Origin: Deltaproteobacteria bacterium
GTDB lineage: Bacteria; Myxococcota_A; UBA9160; SMWR01
NCBI GenBank assembly: GCA_032128375.1
Contig: JAQBGU010000121.1
Location: 1 to 52,252 of the forward strand
Length of the DNA: 52,252 bases
Direction of reading: 5' to 3'
The position numbers and the translations under genes are program-made. This document shows, piece by piece, positions 1 to 9,434 of the stretch. Position 1 is the stretch's first letter, and each line of letters opens with the position of its first letter. Below the pieces are notes generated by a model. The model was not told where the DNA came from, made no database searches, and worked only from the letters and a program-made list of their open reading frames with translations.

Positions 1-110
<110 letters not shown>

Positions 111-265
111 CTACCTCGCCCCCTTCTCGACCACCGCGTGCGCGGCAATCGGTTGGTGCCACTTGTTGATGTTTCTTCGTGAACCCAATCCCGTTGCTGC
201 TGACCTAGTCATTTCCGATCCAGCCTTTCGAAACTTTTCGCGTCTCTCTTCGGATGACACAGTTC

Positions 266-341
<76 letters not shown>

Positions 342-371
342 CTATCGCAAAGAGAGCGCCAAGCGCACGCG

Positions 372-448
372 TGGAGCGGGAAACGGGATTCGAACCCGCG
401 ACCCCGAGCTTGGAAGGCTCGTGCTCTAGCCAGCTGAGCTATTCCCGC
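372..448 (-). tRNA. tRNA-Gly(TCC)
   Basis: Reverse complement GCGGGAATAGCTCAGCTGGCTAGAGC...GCCTTCCAAGC...GGTTCGAATCCC...CGCTCCA. Confidence 0.97.
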
Positions 449-633
449 CCGCGCGCTTCCAATCAATTTCCGTACGCCTTTCGCTCGTTCGCTCTTCCCG
501 CGAGCAATTTCGTTTTGAATTCTGTTGCTTCCCCAATCTTTGAAACTTTCGGCAGCAGCGCCTTCAGTTCCCCGTGGTTCGAACCGAACTCCTTCGCCTG
601 AGCCGACCGCTCCGTCGCGGCACGGATGCAGCG

Positions 634-718
634 TGGTGGAGAGGGGAGGATTCGAACCTCCGAAGGCTGAGCCAGCAGATTTACAGTCTGCCCCGTTTGA
701 CCGCTTCGGTACCTCTCC
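634..718 (-). tRNA. tRNA-Tyr(GTA)
   Basis: Reverse complement GGAGAGGTACCGAAGCGGTCAAACGGGGCAGACTGTAAATCTGC...GGTTCGAATCC...CCACCA; long variable arm. Confidence 0.97.
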
Positions 719-931
719 AAGTCCGCGCCCGTCATGACTTCCAAGCGACGATTTCGAGTACCCCGGAACAATGGACACAGAGACACCTCACTCTCCGCCC
801 ATCAACTCACCTCGCTCGCCCGCGAAAGAGCCGGCGGAGAAGGCAGAGTCGGATGAACGCGAATTTGAGATGCCCTGATATCTTGATTTCGTTTGATCCG
901 GCCTAGCTCAACCGGACGCTCTCTCACCGCC

Positions 932-985
932 TGTAGTTCGGCTGGTACTGCTGGTTCTGTTGGCCCTGTTAGTTCTGTCAGCTTG
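932..985. repeat. Degenerate 9-nt tandem repeat in the Thr-Tyr tRNA spacer
   Basis: tgtagttcg gctggtact gctggttct gttggccct gttagttct gtcagcttg. Confidence 0.65.
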
Positions 986-1057
986 GCAACCCCGCCAGTT
1001 CGATCGCGTTGTTTGCTCGATCGCCCGTCGCTGCGTTGATGTCGTCGGCTTGCTCTT

Positions 1058-1099
1058 GATTGCGATTGCGATTGTGATTCCGATTGCAATTGTGACTGC
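1058..1099. repeat. Degenerate 6-nt tandem repeat, about 7 copies of GATTGC
   Basis: gattgc gattgc gattgt gattcc gattgc aattgt gactgc. Confidence 0.8.
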
Positions 1100-1135
1100 T
1101 CTTGCCGATGCGACCAAACGTGTGTGCCTACGATC

Positions 1136-1211
1136 TGGAGCTGACGATGGGACTTGAACCCGCAACCTGCTGATTACAAATCAGCTGCTCTACCAATTGA
1201 GCTACGCCAGC
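1136..1211 (-). tRNA. tRNA-Thr(TGT)
   Basis: Reverse complement GCTGGCGTAGCTCAATTGGTAGAGCAGCTGATTTGTAATCAGC...GGTTCAAGTCC...AGCTCCA. Confidence 0.96.
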
Positions 1212-1296
1212 CGAAACGGCAAATAATTCGGTGATTTCGCGAAATTTCGAGACGCGTGCCCCACCACCCCTCACTAGCGGCAGACAGACGAACGCC

Positions 1297-1328
1297 TATA
1301 TATATGGCACTCAGGCGGAACTTGCCAA
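1297..1328 (-). promoter_or_regulatory. Possible sigma70 promoter of the tRNA-tuf operon
   Basis: Minus strand TTGGCA, about 17-18 nt, then an ATATATA AT-rich box roughly 85 nt upstream of tRNA-Thr(TGT). Confidence 0.3.
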
Positions 1329-2165
1329 TCGGGAGCGTCTTTTCAGCTCGAACAAGATCACCGAGGCAGCCGCCGAAACGTTCAGCGACGCGATTTTGCC
1401 CCCGAGGGGAATCTTCAGTCGGTAGTCGAGGACCTGTTCCACACCCCGCCTGATCCCCTTTCCCTCAGCACCAAGCACAACCACCCGGTCTCCGGTAACA
1501 ACGCGATCTGGGAGGTCGAACAGATCCAAATCGGCGTCAGAGTCGCTGCCGAAAATCCAGAACCCCTCCGACTTCAGCAGATTCAGCGCCCGTGGTAGAT
1601 TCGGGACCCGAGCGCATGGCAGCCACTCGATCGCGCCAGCGCTCGCGCGCGACACAGCCGGACTCAACGGGGCGCAGCGCCGTCGGGTGAGAATCATGCC
1701 TCCCACTCCGGCCGCCTCTGCAACACGGGCGATAGCCCCAACATTTTGAGGGTCTTCTACCCCATCGAGTGCAATCAATTGCCGCTGCCCGCCGGCCCCG
1801 AGCGACGCGAGCACCTCGAGTGGCACCTCGGGGAGCCGCCCTGCTTCGAGCACGATGCCCTGCGAGTTCACACCGGGCCCAGCCAGCGTGGTGAGCAGGT
1901 CGGCACTGGTGCGTTCGATTCGGATTCCAGCTGCCGTAGCCGCATCGACGACTTCATCGACATCGGGGCGGATTTCGCCAGCGCGAATGCGCAATACGCG
2001 AAATGCCCGCCGATTGGCTCGAATCGCTTCGAGCGCGGGATGAACCCCGGCGACCTGTTCGGGGCCCTGAGGCCGGCCTCGCGAGTGCTTCGTTTTGAGC
2101 ATGGGCTTAGCGGAAGACTTAGCGGAAGGCTTGGCGAAAGGCCTACCGGACGGTTTTGCGGACAT
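1311..2165 (-). CDS. rlmB: 23S rRNA Gm2251 2'-O-methyltransferase (SpoU/TrmH family); start uncertain
   Basis: LDGVEDPQNVGAIAR, VLGAEGKGIRR and IPLGGKIASLNVSAA SPOUT motifs, plus the N-terminal substrate-binding domain (GVHPALEAI...SQGIV). Confidence 0.92.
   Translation of the reverse strand: MSAKPSGRPFAKPSAKSSAKPMLKTKHSRGRPQGPEQVAGVHPALEAIRANRRAFRVLRIRAGEIRPDVDEVVDAATAAGIRIERTSADLLTTLAGPGVNSQGIVLEAGRLPEVPLEVLASLGAGGQRQLIALDGVEDPQNVGAIARVAEAAGVGGMILTRRRCAPLSPAVSRASAGAIEWLPCARVPNLPRALNLLKSEGFWIFGSDSDADLDLFDLPDRVVTGDRVVVLGAEGKGIRRGVEQVLDYRLKIPLGGKIASLNVSAAASVILFELKRRSRLASSA
2104..2163. repeat. Degenerate 12-nt tandem repeat x5 encoding a SAKP-like N-terminal extension of RlmB
   Basis: ggcttagcggaa gacttagcggaa ggcttggcgaaa ggcctaccggac ggttttgcggac. 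Confidence 0.7.
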
Positions 2166-2369
2166 GGTTCGGGGCAGGCTCCGATTCGGGTTATTGGCTG
2201 GGCCGTCGCACAACCCAGCGCCGTGAAGATATCGGTTGTGTCCCAAATATCGTGTCTTTTTGTTCGGTGACGCGAGCTGAACCCGCGCAGGGTGCCTGAC
2301 GTTTCGAGCAAAGACCCGCGCCGGCTGGAAACGGGGTTGGAAGCGATGGTCAATTTGGAAGAAATCGCG

Positions 2370-3611
2370 CTAGATGCTCTCTCGGAGTTCGTTTAGGCCG
2401 ACAAGAAATCCTTCCGAGTCCGGGATCTGGGGATGATTGACGAGCTCGAATTCCAAGTACGAGCAGAGTTCACCGAGTGCCAGCCGAGCCTCTCGCTCCC
2501 GGTCACCGGGGTATCGAAGGGCACGACGCGTCACCTCTTCGGGATCGAGAACGGCGCCCCGATTTACCTGCAAATCACTCAGCAACGCCGGGTAGCGCTG
2601 CGACGCCTCTTTGACCACACGCCCGAAGCGCTCCACCAAGCCCGCGTCGCCCTCGACCGCGACAATCGGAGCAGCGAACTCGGCCAGCAGTTTCACGAAC
2701 AAGAGGCAACATTCCCGCACAGCGTCCTCGTCGCTTGTCGCGACCCGCCCTTCGCTAGCTTGCTCGGGATCCGCCGACGTCACCACGACGGCGTCGAGTA
2801 GCCTCAGGTGCGAAACCGTACGCGCGCCACTCAGGGGCTCGACTCCGGCCAGTCGACACTGGGCAGCGAACGTACTCGCTGCGGATATGGCCTCGAACAT
2901 TGCGCGTTCGGTTCCGGACAGCTTCTTCTCCGCTCCAGCGACCGGATCGACGCGAACCCTCGGTGCCTCGAGCCAGGCCAGGAACTTCAATAGCTCGTCG
3001 CGTCTGCGCAAGCCCTCGGCGATCAGACGTCGCGTAGGAAGCGACAGGCGTACCACGTTGTCGGGCCGGATCTCGCCTTCCCAGAACAGCACTGACCCGG
3101 CGCCGTATGAAAACAGCGAGCGAACGATCTCTTCGACCTGGAGCTTGACGCCGGACCAGAGTTCCCGCGACGTCAGGACACCGCGCTCGATGAGAATCCG
3201 CCCGAACTGCGCGGGCGCTCGATAGGCTTTCACCGCCTCTTCGAGCTGTCTTGGTGTGAGTACACCCGACCGCATCAGGCATTCGCCAAGGCGATCATAC
3301 GGCTGGTTGGAAGTCGCAAATACGACCTCCCCGCGATGCAGGTAGACAGATTTGGTGTGTTCCCCGTTCTCGAAGAAGAGAAACCCGGACTTCGATGAGG
3401 CGTGCAGCAGGTGCAGAATGTCGGCCAGTGCAAACGACCCGACGTCGGCTGAAAGAACGAGGTCGCGATCCCAGGGCAGCGCGTCGCTGGCCTCAGCGCC
3501 GACTCGCTCCAACAAGATCGTCTTGGATCCGGATGCGAGCACGCGCACCGGCTCATCGTCCGCCAACCCGAGCCGCCGACAGTTCTCGGGCGAGAACACC
3601 AATTTGTCCAA
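2370..3611 (-). CDS. DUF4388 (PatA-N-like) domain protein; start uncertain (TTG at 3611)
   Basis: LSADVGSFALADILHLLHASSKSGFLFF...KSVYLHRGEVVFATSN..DRLGECL...FGRILIERG pattern typical of myxobacterial DUF4388 proteins. Confidence 0.8.
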   Translation of the reverse strand: MDKLVFSPENCRRLGLADDEPVRVLASGSKTILLERVGAEASDALPWDRDLVLSADVGSFALADILHLLHASSKSGFLFFENGEHTKSVYLHRGEVVFATSNQPYDRLGECLMRSGVLTPRQLEEAVKAYRAPAQFGRILIERGVLTSRELWSGVKLQVEEIVRSLFSYGAGSVLFWEGEIRPDNVVRLSLPTRRLIAEGLRRRDELLKFLAWLEAPRVRVDPVAGAEKKLSGTERAMFEAISAASTFAAQCRLAGVEPLSGARTVSHLRLLDAVVVTSADPEQASEGRVATSDEDAVRECCLLFVKLLAEFAAPIVAVEGDAGLVERFGRVVKEASQRYPALLSDLQVNRGAVLDPEEVTRRALRYPGDREREARLALGELCSYLEFELVNHPQIPDSEGFLVGLNELRESI

Positions 3612-3891
3612 AATTTCGCCCCTTTGTGTTCGGGGCGCGACACCGCGTGTCCGAGCCCTGCCCCCGCTTCTCATCGACCTCCTTGTCAGCGCCCTTGAGG
3701 CTGGGCCGGACTTCTCTACGCCCCGTTCGACATCCGACCCAAGAGGCTACCGCCATGCCAACCGCCGCGAAAACGGCTCAGCAACGGGACCGGACACTTC
3801 TTGCGCCAATTCCTCCTCCAACGGGTTTCTTGGCTCAAGCTCTCAAGGCACTCTTGCCGATGAGTTGCCGTTCGCTGAAGGAGGACTCACC

Positions 3892-4320
3892 GTGACTGAG
3901 CCATCAGACAACTTCAACCATCGGCGTCGCCACGAGCGCATCGACTCGGAAATTCCCGTGCGCATCTCGACCATCGAACCCGAACGCGACCCGTGGACCG
4001 GACGGCCGTTCTTTCGGACCCTGCAGGAAACGTGTGCCAATGTGTCGCGCGGGGGCGTCTTCATCAAAACGGCTGAGCCGCTTGACCCGGGCCGACGCCT
4101 ACTCGTCGAGATTCGGCTGCCATCGGGTCGACCGCTCGAAGCGATTGGCCGCATCGCGTGGGTCAAGCGTGTGCTGAGCCCGGATCGGAGGGAAAGTGGA
4201 TCGGGCATTGGAATCGAATTTCTCGGCGGAGCGTCGGAACAGCTCCAAGCGCTCGACGACTATGTCTCGCATCGTTCGGAGATCCCGAGCTCGACGCGGG
4301 AACAACGCAACGGCGGCTGA
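3892..4320 (+). CDS. PilZ domain protein (c-di-GMP binding)
   Basis: AAGGAGGA RBS then GTG; RRRHER (RxxxR) and NVSRGG (NxSxxG) motifs; GRIAWV and GIGIEF. Confidence 0.88.
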   Translation: MTEPSDNFNHRRRHERIDSEIPVRISTIEPERDPWTGRPFFRTLQETCANVSRGGVFIKTAEPLDPGRRLLVEIRLPSGRPLEAIGRIAWVKRVLSPDRRESGSGIGIEFLGGASEQLQALDDYVSHRSEIPSSTREQRNGG

Positions 4321-4541
4321 TGCAACGATCATCGCGTGCCGCCATCGGATAGACGACCGCGTCGATCCCAACTCGAATGCCTTGAACGTCGCTCGTTCTT
4401 GCGGGTATGCTTGGGTCGATGAGACCGCCTGGAACGTTCAAGATCGCACACCGTTCGCGCCCGCTTCGGAATGACTCCCCCGATCGCGCTGCGGCAGATT
4501 TTGCACACACAGAAGCGGGATCGCGCTCGTTTCCCGATCTA

Positions 4542-4841
4542 ATGGACGGCGCGAACGCGCAGCCAGACCTCGATGCATGCCTGCGACCCTTTCTGGCGAG
4601 CGACGCGCGCTCGGAACGGATCCTCGAATCGCTGCGAAACGAGATCATCGAGGCGGGAGGAGGTGAAAATCTCCGAATTCGACTGGTCTTCCGCGAACCC
4701 CGCGAAATCTTCCGACTCGAATTGGAACTGCCGAGTCTCGGCTATCAGCGTACGACCCTTCTCGACCGGGAAACGCTGCAACAGTTGTTGGATACCGATG
4801 AGGTCCGCGCGGTCGTTCGGACCGCAGAACTCGGCCTCTAG
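4542..4841 (+). CDS. Hypothetical protein, about 99 aa
   Basis: ORF with protein-like composition filling the gap between the PilZ gene and tRNA-Leu; no recognised family. Confidence 0.6.
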   Translation: MDGANAQPDLDACLRPFLASDARSERILESLRNEIIEAGGGENLRIRLVFREPREIFRLELELPSLGYQRTTLLDRETLQQLLDTDEVRAVVRTAELGL

Positions 4842-4883
4842 TCGCATCGGATGTACACGGTGGCCCGATTCCGGAGAACCAGA

Positions 4884-4968
4884 TGGTGCCCGGAGCAGGA
4901 TTCGAACCTGCACGACTCTTGGCCAGGCGATTTTAAGTCGCCCGCGTCTACCATTCCGCCACCCGGGC
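4884..4968 (-). tRNA. tRNA-Leu(TAA)
   Basis: Reverse complement GCCCGGGTGGCGGAATGGTAGACGCGGGCGACTTAAAATCGCC...GGTTCGAATCC...GGCACCA. Confidence 0.96.
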
Positions 4969-5016
4969 AGCGCGCTGATGCTAGCTTCGATGGTCATCCG
5001 AAAGGAGCAAACCAGC

Positions 5017-5796
5017 GTGTTCCACGGTAAGAAAATTGTTGTGGTGATGCCGGCCTACAACGCTGCGAAGACGATCGAGCGGACCTACCGCGAAATTCCG
5101 CTCGATCTGGTCGACGAAGTCGTGGTGACAGACGATGCGAGTTCCGACGAGACCGTCGAGGTAGCCAAACGCCTCGGTCTGCGAACCCTCGTGCACCCCA
5201 CCAATCGCGGGTACGGCGGCAACCAGAAGACCTGCTACGCCGAAGCGCTCCGCTTGGGCGCAGACGTCGTCATCATGCTGCATCCCGACTACCAATACAC
5301 ACCGGCGCTCATTCCAGCCATGATCGGATTGATCACCGACGGCCCGTTCGATGTCGTTCTGGGCTCTCGCGTGTTGGGCGGACGCGCACTCGCCGGCGGC
5401 ATGCCGATGTACAAGTACATCGCCAACCGAGCCCTGACCGCGATTCAGAACCTGCTGCTGGGTGCGAAATTGTCCGAGTACCACACCGGATATCGCGCGT
5501 TTTCCCGCGAAGTTCTCGAATCGTTGAGCCTGTTGGAGAACTCCGACGATTTCGTGTTCGACAACCAGATGCTTTCTCAGATTCTGCTGGCCGGCTACGA
5601 AATCGGAGAGATCAGCTGCCCCGCTGCATATTTCGAAGAGGCTTCTTCGATCAATTTCCAGCGCTCGGTACGCTACGGTCTCGGCGTCCTTCGAACGTCG
5701 ATCGACGCCTTCCTGCACCGCAAGAAACTCGCGCAGATCCACTACTTCGAGCCGACTGGGCGACGGCTCGAGCCCGGGACGGACTCCGTTCAGTAG
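5017..5796 (+). CDS. Glycosyltransferase family 2 (DPM1-like)
   Basis: AAGGAG RBS then [45 protein letters not shown]. Confidence 0.92.
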   Translation: MFHGKKIVVVMPAYNAAKTIERTYREIPLDLVDEVVVTDDASSDETVEVAKRLGLRTLVHPTNRGYGGNQKTCYAEALRLGADVVIMLHPDYQYTPALIPAMIGLITDGPFDVVLGSRVLGGRALAGGMPMYKYIANRALTAIQNLLLGAKLSEYHTGYRAFSREVLESLSLLENSDDFVFDNQMLSQILLAGYEIGEISCPAAYFEEASSINFQRSVRYGLGVLRTSIDAFLHRKKLAQIHYFEPTGRRLEPGTDSVQ

Positions 5797-5818
5797 CCGT
5801 TCAGTAGCCGTTCAGTAG
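5786..5818 (+). repeat. Perfect 11-nt tandem repeat x3 duplicating the GT2 stop-codon region
   Basis: ccgttcagtag ccgttcagtag ccgttcagtag. Confidence 0.9.
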
Positions 5819-5930
5819 CCACCGGGACCGTGCAAATGAAGACCGAGTTCCGAGCTTCGAACCTCGCACTTCGCATGCGCGAGGAGGGCATCGAGCGCCT
5901 CGATTCGGATTTTCAGACCCCTCGCTAGAT

Positions 5931-6004
5931 TGGAGGCGGCGCCCGGATTTGAACCGGGGATCAGGGCTTTGCAGGCCCGTGCCTTACCACTTGGCTACGC
6001 CGCC
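5931..6004 (-). tRNA. tRNA-Cys(GCA)
   Basis: Reverse complement GGCGGCGTAGCCAAGTGGTAAGGCACGGGCCTGCAAAGCCC...GGTTCAAATCCGGGCGCCGCCTCCA. Confidence 0.97.
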
Positions 6005-6039
6005 TCAGGTCTGCCACGCAAGCGCGCCGTGGAGGCATT

Positions 6040-6068
6040 GGAGTAACCCGTTCGGCGGCCTGAGTCAA
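6040..6068 (-). promoter_or_regulatory. Putative sigma70 promoter for tRNA-Cys
   Basis: Minus strand TTGACT-N17-TACTCC, 35 nt upstream of the tRNA. Confidence 0.4.
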
Positions 6069-6126
6069 TTTCCGCAGTGAGTTCAAAGCGTCCGCTGCCC
6101 CGGGGCGTTTGAGAGCGAGTTTCGTT

Positions 6127-6753
6127 TCAATTCGACGCACCAGGAGTTCGATCGATCCAGCCCTGCACGCCGGCCGTCATCGCGTCGATCAAATCATCGA
6201 CGTGTGCCGCACGCGGGGTCCCTGCGTGATCCGACCAGCCCTTTTCTTCACGGTTCCAGCGAATCGTCGGCGGCAACTCGATTTGAACTCCCGCCTGCGC
6301 CGGGCGATTCACCGGGTTTTGGGGGTGCTGTCCGCGCAGTTCGCGCGGGATCTGATCGAGTTCCGCGACCACCTGGTAGTCGCTCGACAGCCCTCTCCGG
6401 AGATATCCGGCCAGATGCTCCGCGAGTTCCCGGTTGCGCCCGCCCAGCAGCAGGTGCGAGGACATCGTCAGGCGGCCGTACCCGTGAATCGCGATGGCGA
6501 CGTCTACGTGGTCGAGAAATGCCGCCAACGCCGCCGAGTGTTCTGGACGAAATTCCGTAGAGGGGAGGTGCTCGCGCATTGGAGCGTCCTGCAGCACTGC
6601 GTAGAGGGATGAGTCACTGCGTTGCGCGACCTCGCTGGCCACGACATCCGTGGTGCGTTCCAGGTTGCCGCCGTGGAAGGCCATCAAGCCTACCCGGCCA
6701 CGAAGTTCGGAAATCTCGGTGACATGCGGAGAGCACAACAGGGCACGGAACAC
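6127..6753 (-). CDS. Poly-gamma-glutamate hydrolase family protein (DUF867/PghP-like)
   Basis: AFHGGNLERTT, HLPST, AIHGY, LLGGRN, LRGQHPQNPVN, GVQIEL motifs; GTG start inferred. Confidence 0.8.
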   Translation of the reverse strand: MFRALLCSPHVTEISELRGRVGLMAFHGGNLERTTDVVASEVAQRSDSSLYAVLQDAPMREHLPSTEFRPEHSAALAAFLDHVDVAIAIHGYGRLTMSSHLLLGGRNRELAEHLAGYLRRGLSSDYQVVAELDQIPRELRGQHPQNPVNRPAQAGVQIELPPTIRWNREEKGWSDHAGTPRAAHVDDLIDAMTAGVQGWIDRTPGASN

Positions 6754-6847
6754 CCGAACAGCATAGCTTGTGCGTGCCGCTCTTCGTGCCTCACAGTATT
6801 CGACCGTTACGGGTCGGCCGAGGAATGCAGTCCTCGAGTCGGCTGGC

Positions 6848-7327
6848 CTACAAAGCGGGCAGTGGATGCTCCCTGCCAGCGAAACGCAGTGCGGGACCGT
6901 CGGTGGCATCCTCCACCGCGTTGAGTAGCTCGGACTGCGCGCTGTGGGAGAAGCGCGCCGCTAGTCCAGTTGGGCTCAGCTCGCATTTGACCGTGCACAG
7001 CAGCGCTCCGTCGATGGAAGAGGGGCGGAGCGAACTCACGTCCAGCGCCTCGACGCTGCGGTCCGACAGTGTGAGATGGCCGGTCCCCGGGTCGTAGTCG
7101 CGAACGAAGAAGCCGGCCTCTTCGACGATGATCTCGCCCCGAAAGTGGTGCAACCGAACGACGTACTTCCCGGCCTCTCCCTCTTCTGGCAGGAACACGA
7201 CTCCACGATCGAACGCCTCGCGTAACTTCTGGTTGCGAAAGGGCATGCCTTCGTGGGTCCAGCGCCCGTCGTGGTGCAGCACCAGGTCGAACGGCGCGAG
7301 CGGAGCAGGGCCGGGAGAATCCGCCAC
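6848..7327 (-). CDS. DUF1285-like protein
   Basis: DLVLHHDGRWTHEGMPFRNQKL...EIIVEEAGFFV...ARFSHSAQ pattern; start uncertain. Confidence 0.65.
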   Translation of the reverse strand: MADSPGPAPLAPFDLVLHHDGRWTHEGMPFRNQKLREAFDRGVVFLPEEGEAGKYVVRLHHFRGEIIVEEAGFFVRDYDPGTGHLTLSDRSVEALDVSSLRPSSIDGALLCTVKCELSPTGLAARFSHSAQSELLNAVEDATDGPALRFAGREHPLPAL

Positions 7328-7331
7328 CTGG

Positions 7332-7574
7332 TCAGCTCTCGGGAAGCGACTCCGCCTCGGCGGATCCATCGGGACCGACGCGGAACACTCCGACCAGGTC
7401 ATAGCGGTTCCACAGCACCACGCGCTCGATGCTGTCTCCATCTTCGCCCCGGTAGAGCCACTTCTCGTTCCAGCGAACCCCGTATTCTTCCGACGTGCGC
7501 GGGTCGTTGACGCTGCCCAATTGGTCGGTCGGTGCGCCCAACTGCTTCCAGACCTGGCCGCGATCGTGGCTCAT
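7332..7574 (-). CDS. Small hypothetical protein (80 aa), translationally coupled to nuoD
   Basis: ATG overlaps the nuoD stop (ATGA); QVWKQLGAPT...EKWLY resembles an SmpA/OmlA/BLIP-like pattern. Confidence 0.7.
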   Translation of the reverse strand: MSHDRGQVWKQLGAPTDQLGSVNDPRTSEEYGVRWNEKWLYRGEDGDSIERVVLWNRYDLVGVFRVGPDGSAEAESLPES

Positions 7575-8821
7575 CGGTCGCACTCGCCGCCGACCATGTT
7601 CAGGAAGTCGAACGTCGGGATGAGGTCTGCGAGCATCGCCCCCTTCAACATCAGACCCATCGGCGCCAAGTTGATGAAACTCGGGGGTCGGCAGCGCACC
7701 TTGACCGGAACCGCAGATCCATCCGACACCAGGTAGAAACCGAGTTCACCATTTGCGGACTCGATCGGAAAATAGGCCTCGCCCTCCGGTACCTGGGGGC
7801 CCTCTGTCACGGACTTGAACTGCTGGATCAGCTCTTCCATCCGATTGAAGACCTTCCCCTTGGCGGGCCAGCGCACCCTGGGATCGTCGATATTGACCGG
7901 TCCCGGTCCGATCCTTTCCAAGTGTGCCATGCATTGCTCGACGATCCGCAGGCTCTGTTGCATCTCCTCCACGCAGACGAGATAGCGGTCGTAGTTGTCG
8001 CCGACCTCGCCGATCGGAATATCGAAATCGATCTGGTCATACACGAGGTAGGGGTCGGTTTTGCGAACATCCAGCGGCACGCCCGCGGACCGGAGAATCG
8101 GGCCGGTCACCGCGTACTTGAAACAATCTTCCTTCGAGATGACGCCGGTGTCCTTGAGTCGGTCGACGAAGATCCGGTTGCTGGTGATTACATCGTCGAA
8201 ATCGACGAGCAACGCCCGGATCTTGGCGATGAAGTCCTTCGCAGTCGCCGGAAAATCGCGCGGCATGTCGTGCTTGACACCGCCGATCCGAACGAAATTG
8301 GAGGTCACCCGCGCTCCGCACAGCATCTCCAGCAGGTCCCAGGTGAGTTCGCGCGCCTCGATGCCGTACAGAAACGGCGTCATCGCCGCGAGTTCGAGAC
8401 AGCCGGCACCACAGCGTGTCAAATGGTCGGCCACCCGAGAAAGTTCTCCGGAGAGCACGCGCAACCACTGACAGCGCTCGGTCGTCTCGATACCGAGCAT
8501 CTTCTCTACCGCCATGCAGTAGCCGATGTTCGCGAGGATCGCGGAGTTGTAGTTCAGCCGGTCGGTGTACGGAATCGCCTGGTACCAGGTCCCGCTCTCG
8601 CATTCTTTTTCGAAACCCCGGTGCAGATAGCCCACCTGGATGTCGAGGTTGACGATGGTCTCACCATCGAGCTCGATCAGGAATTTCACCGTGCCATGGG
8701 TCGCCGGGTGAGATGGGCCCATGTTGAGAATCTGGTGTTCGGTATGTAGATCGCGCTCGAAATCATCTTCGAGGTCGGCCGGGCGATCGGGAAAGTGCTG
8801 CGGATCGTGCTGCGCGGCCAT
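7571..8821 (-). CDS. nuoD: NADH-quinone oxidoreductase subunit D
   Basis: NMGPSHPATHG, GYLHRGFEK, TDRLNY, IESANGELG, RPPSF, C-terminal GECDR; no hydrogenase CxxC pairs. Confidence 0.96.
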   Translation of the reverse strand: MAAQHDPQHFPDRPADLEDDFERDLHTEHQILNMGPSHPATHGTVKFLIELDGETIVNLDIQVGYLHRGFEKECESGTWYQAIPYTDRLNYNSAILANIGYCMAVEKMLGIETTERCQWLRVLSGELSRVADHLTRCGAGCLELAAMTPFLYGIEARELTWDLLEMLCGARVTSNFVRIGGVKHDMPRDFPATAKDFIAKIRALLVDFDDVITSNRIFVDRLKDTGVISKEDCFKYAVTGPILRSAGVPLDVRKTDPYLVYDQIDFDIPIGEVGDNYDRYLVCVEEMQQSLRIVEQCMAHLERIGPGPVNIDDPRVRWPAKGKVFNRMEELIQQFKSVTEGPQVPEGEAYFPIESANGELGFYLVSDGSAVPVKVRCRPPSFINLAPMGLMLKGAMLADLIPTFDFLNMVGGECDR

Positions 8822-8824
8822 CCG

Positions 8825-9349
8825 CTAGTTCCTCGGGCCGACGAGCGGTTGGCGTCGTTCCTTCGGGTAATCCTTGCGCAGCGGATAGCCTTCGAACTCG
8901 TCATACAACAAAATTCGGCGGAGATCGGGGTGGCCGTCGAAGCCAATCCCATACATGTCGAACACCTCGCGCTCCATCCAGTTCGCGGACGCATACACAT
9001 CGGTAACGCTCGCGACCTCGAGTTTCGCTTCCGAGCCCTTCCCGTTCGAATCCTTTGCTTGCGGTCCGATGTCGTCGAGAGCCACCTTGATGCGCACGCG
9101 CTCGTTCCGTTCGACGGAATAAAGGTGGTAGACCACTTCGAATCGCGGGCTGCGTCCCAAGTAGTCAACCGCGGTCACATCGATCAGCATCTCGAACTCG
9201 AGTTCATCGCGCAGGTGCGTCATCACGTCGAGCAATCGCGAGGCTTCGACGACCGCCGTCGCGTCGCCGAGCTTCGCGTGGGACTCCGTCACTGCGCCGG
9301 GGAGGTCGTCGATCAGCCGCTTCAGGGCGATCGAGCCGAAGTCGTTCAT
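8825..9349 (-). CDS. nuoC: NADH-quinone oxidoreductase subunit C
   Basis: DVTAVDY, RFEVVYHLYS, ANWMEREVFDMYGIGFDGHPDLRRILL, YPLRKDYP. Confidence 0.96.
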   Translation of the reverse strand: MNDFGSIALKRLIDDLPGAVTESHAKLGDATAVVEASRLLDVMTHLRDELEFEMLIDVTAVDYLGRSPRFEVVYHLYSVERNERVRIKVALDDIGPQAKDSNGKGSEAKLEVASVTDVYASANWMEREVFDMYGIGFDGHPDLRRILLYDEFEGYPLRKDYPKERRQPLVGPRN

Positions 9350-9384
9350 CGGAAATCCTTCCATTCAGGGGCGTTCATGGAGTG

Positions 9385-9434
9385 GCCTTCATCGAGAGCC
9401 ATCATCGAGAGCCATCATCGACCGCCTTCCATCA
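9385..9434. repeat. Degenerate 13-nt tandem repeat between nuoI and nuoC
   Basis: gccttcatcgaga gccatcatcgaga gccatcatcgacc gccttccatca. Confidence 0.8.

Noticed and set aside
576..585. GGTTCGAACC T-loop-like palindrome in the Gly-Tyr spacer
   Set aside because: No acceptor, D or anticodon arms around it; not a tRNA
3352..5016. Long N-terminal extensions of the PilZ and GT2 ORFs in the ORF track
   Set aside because: They overlap the DUF4388 gene or tRNA-Leu; good RBS-linked starts exist at 3892 and 5017
4884..6004. Prophage or integrative element at tRNA-Leu or tRNA-Cys
   Set aside because: No integrase, phage genes or duplicated tRNA 3' end found by eye
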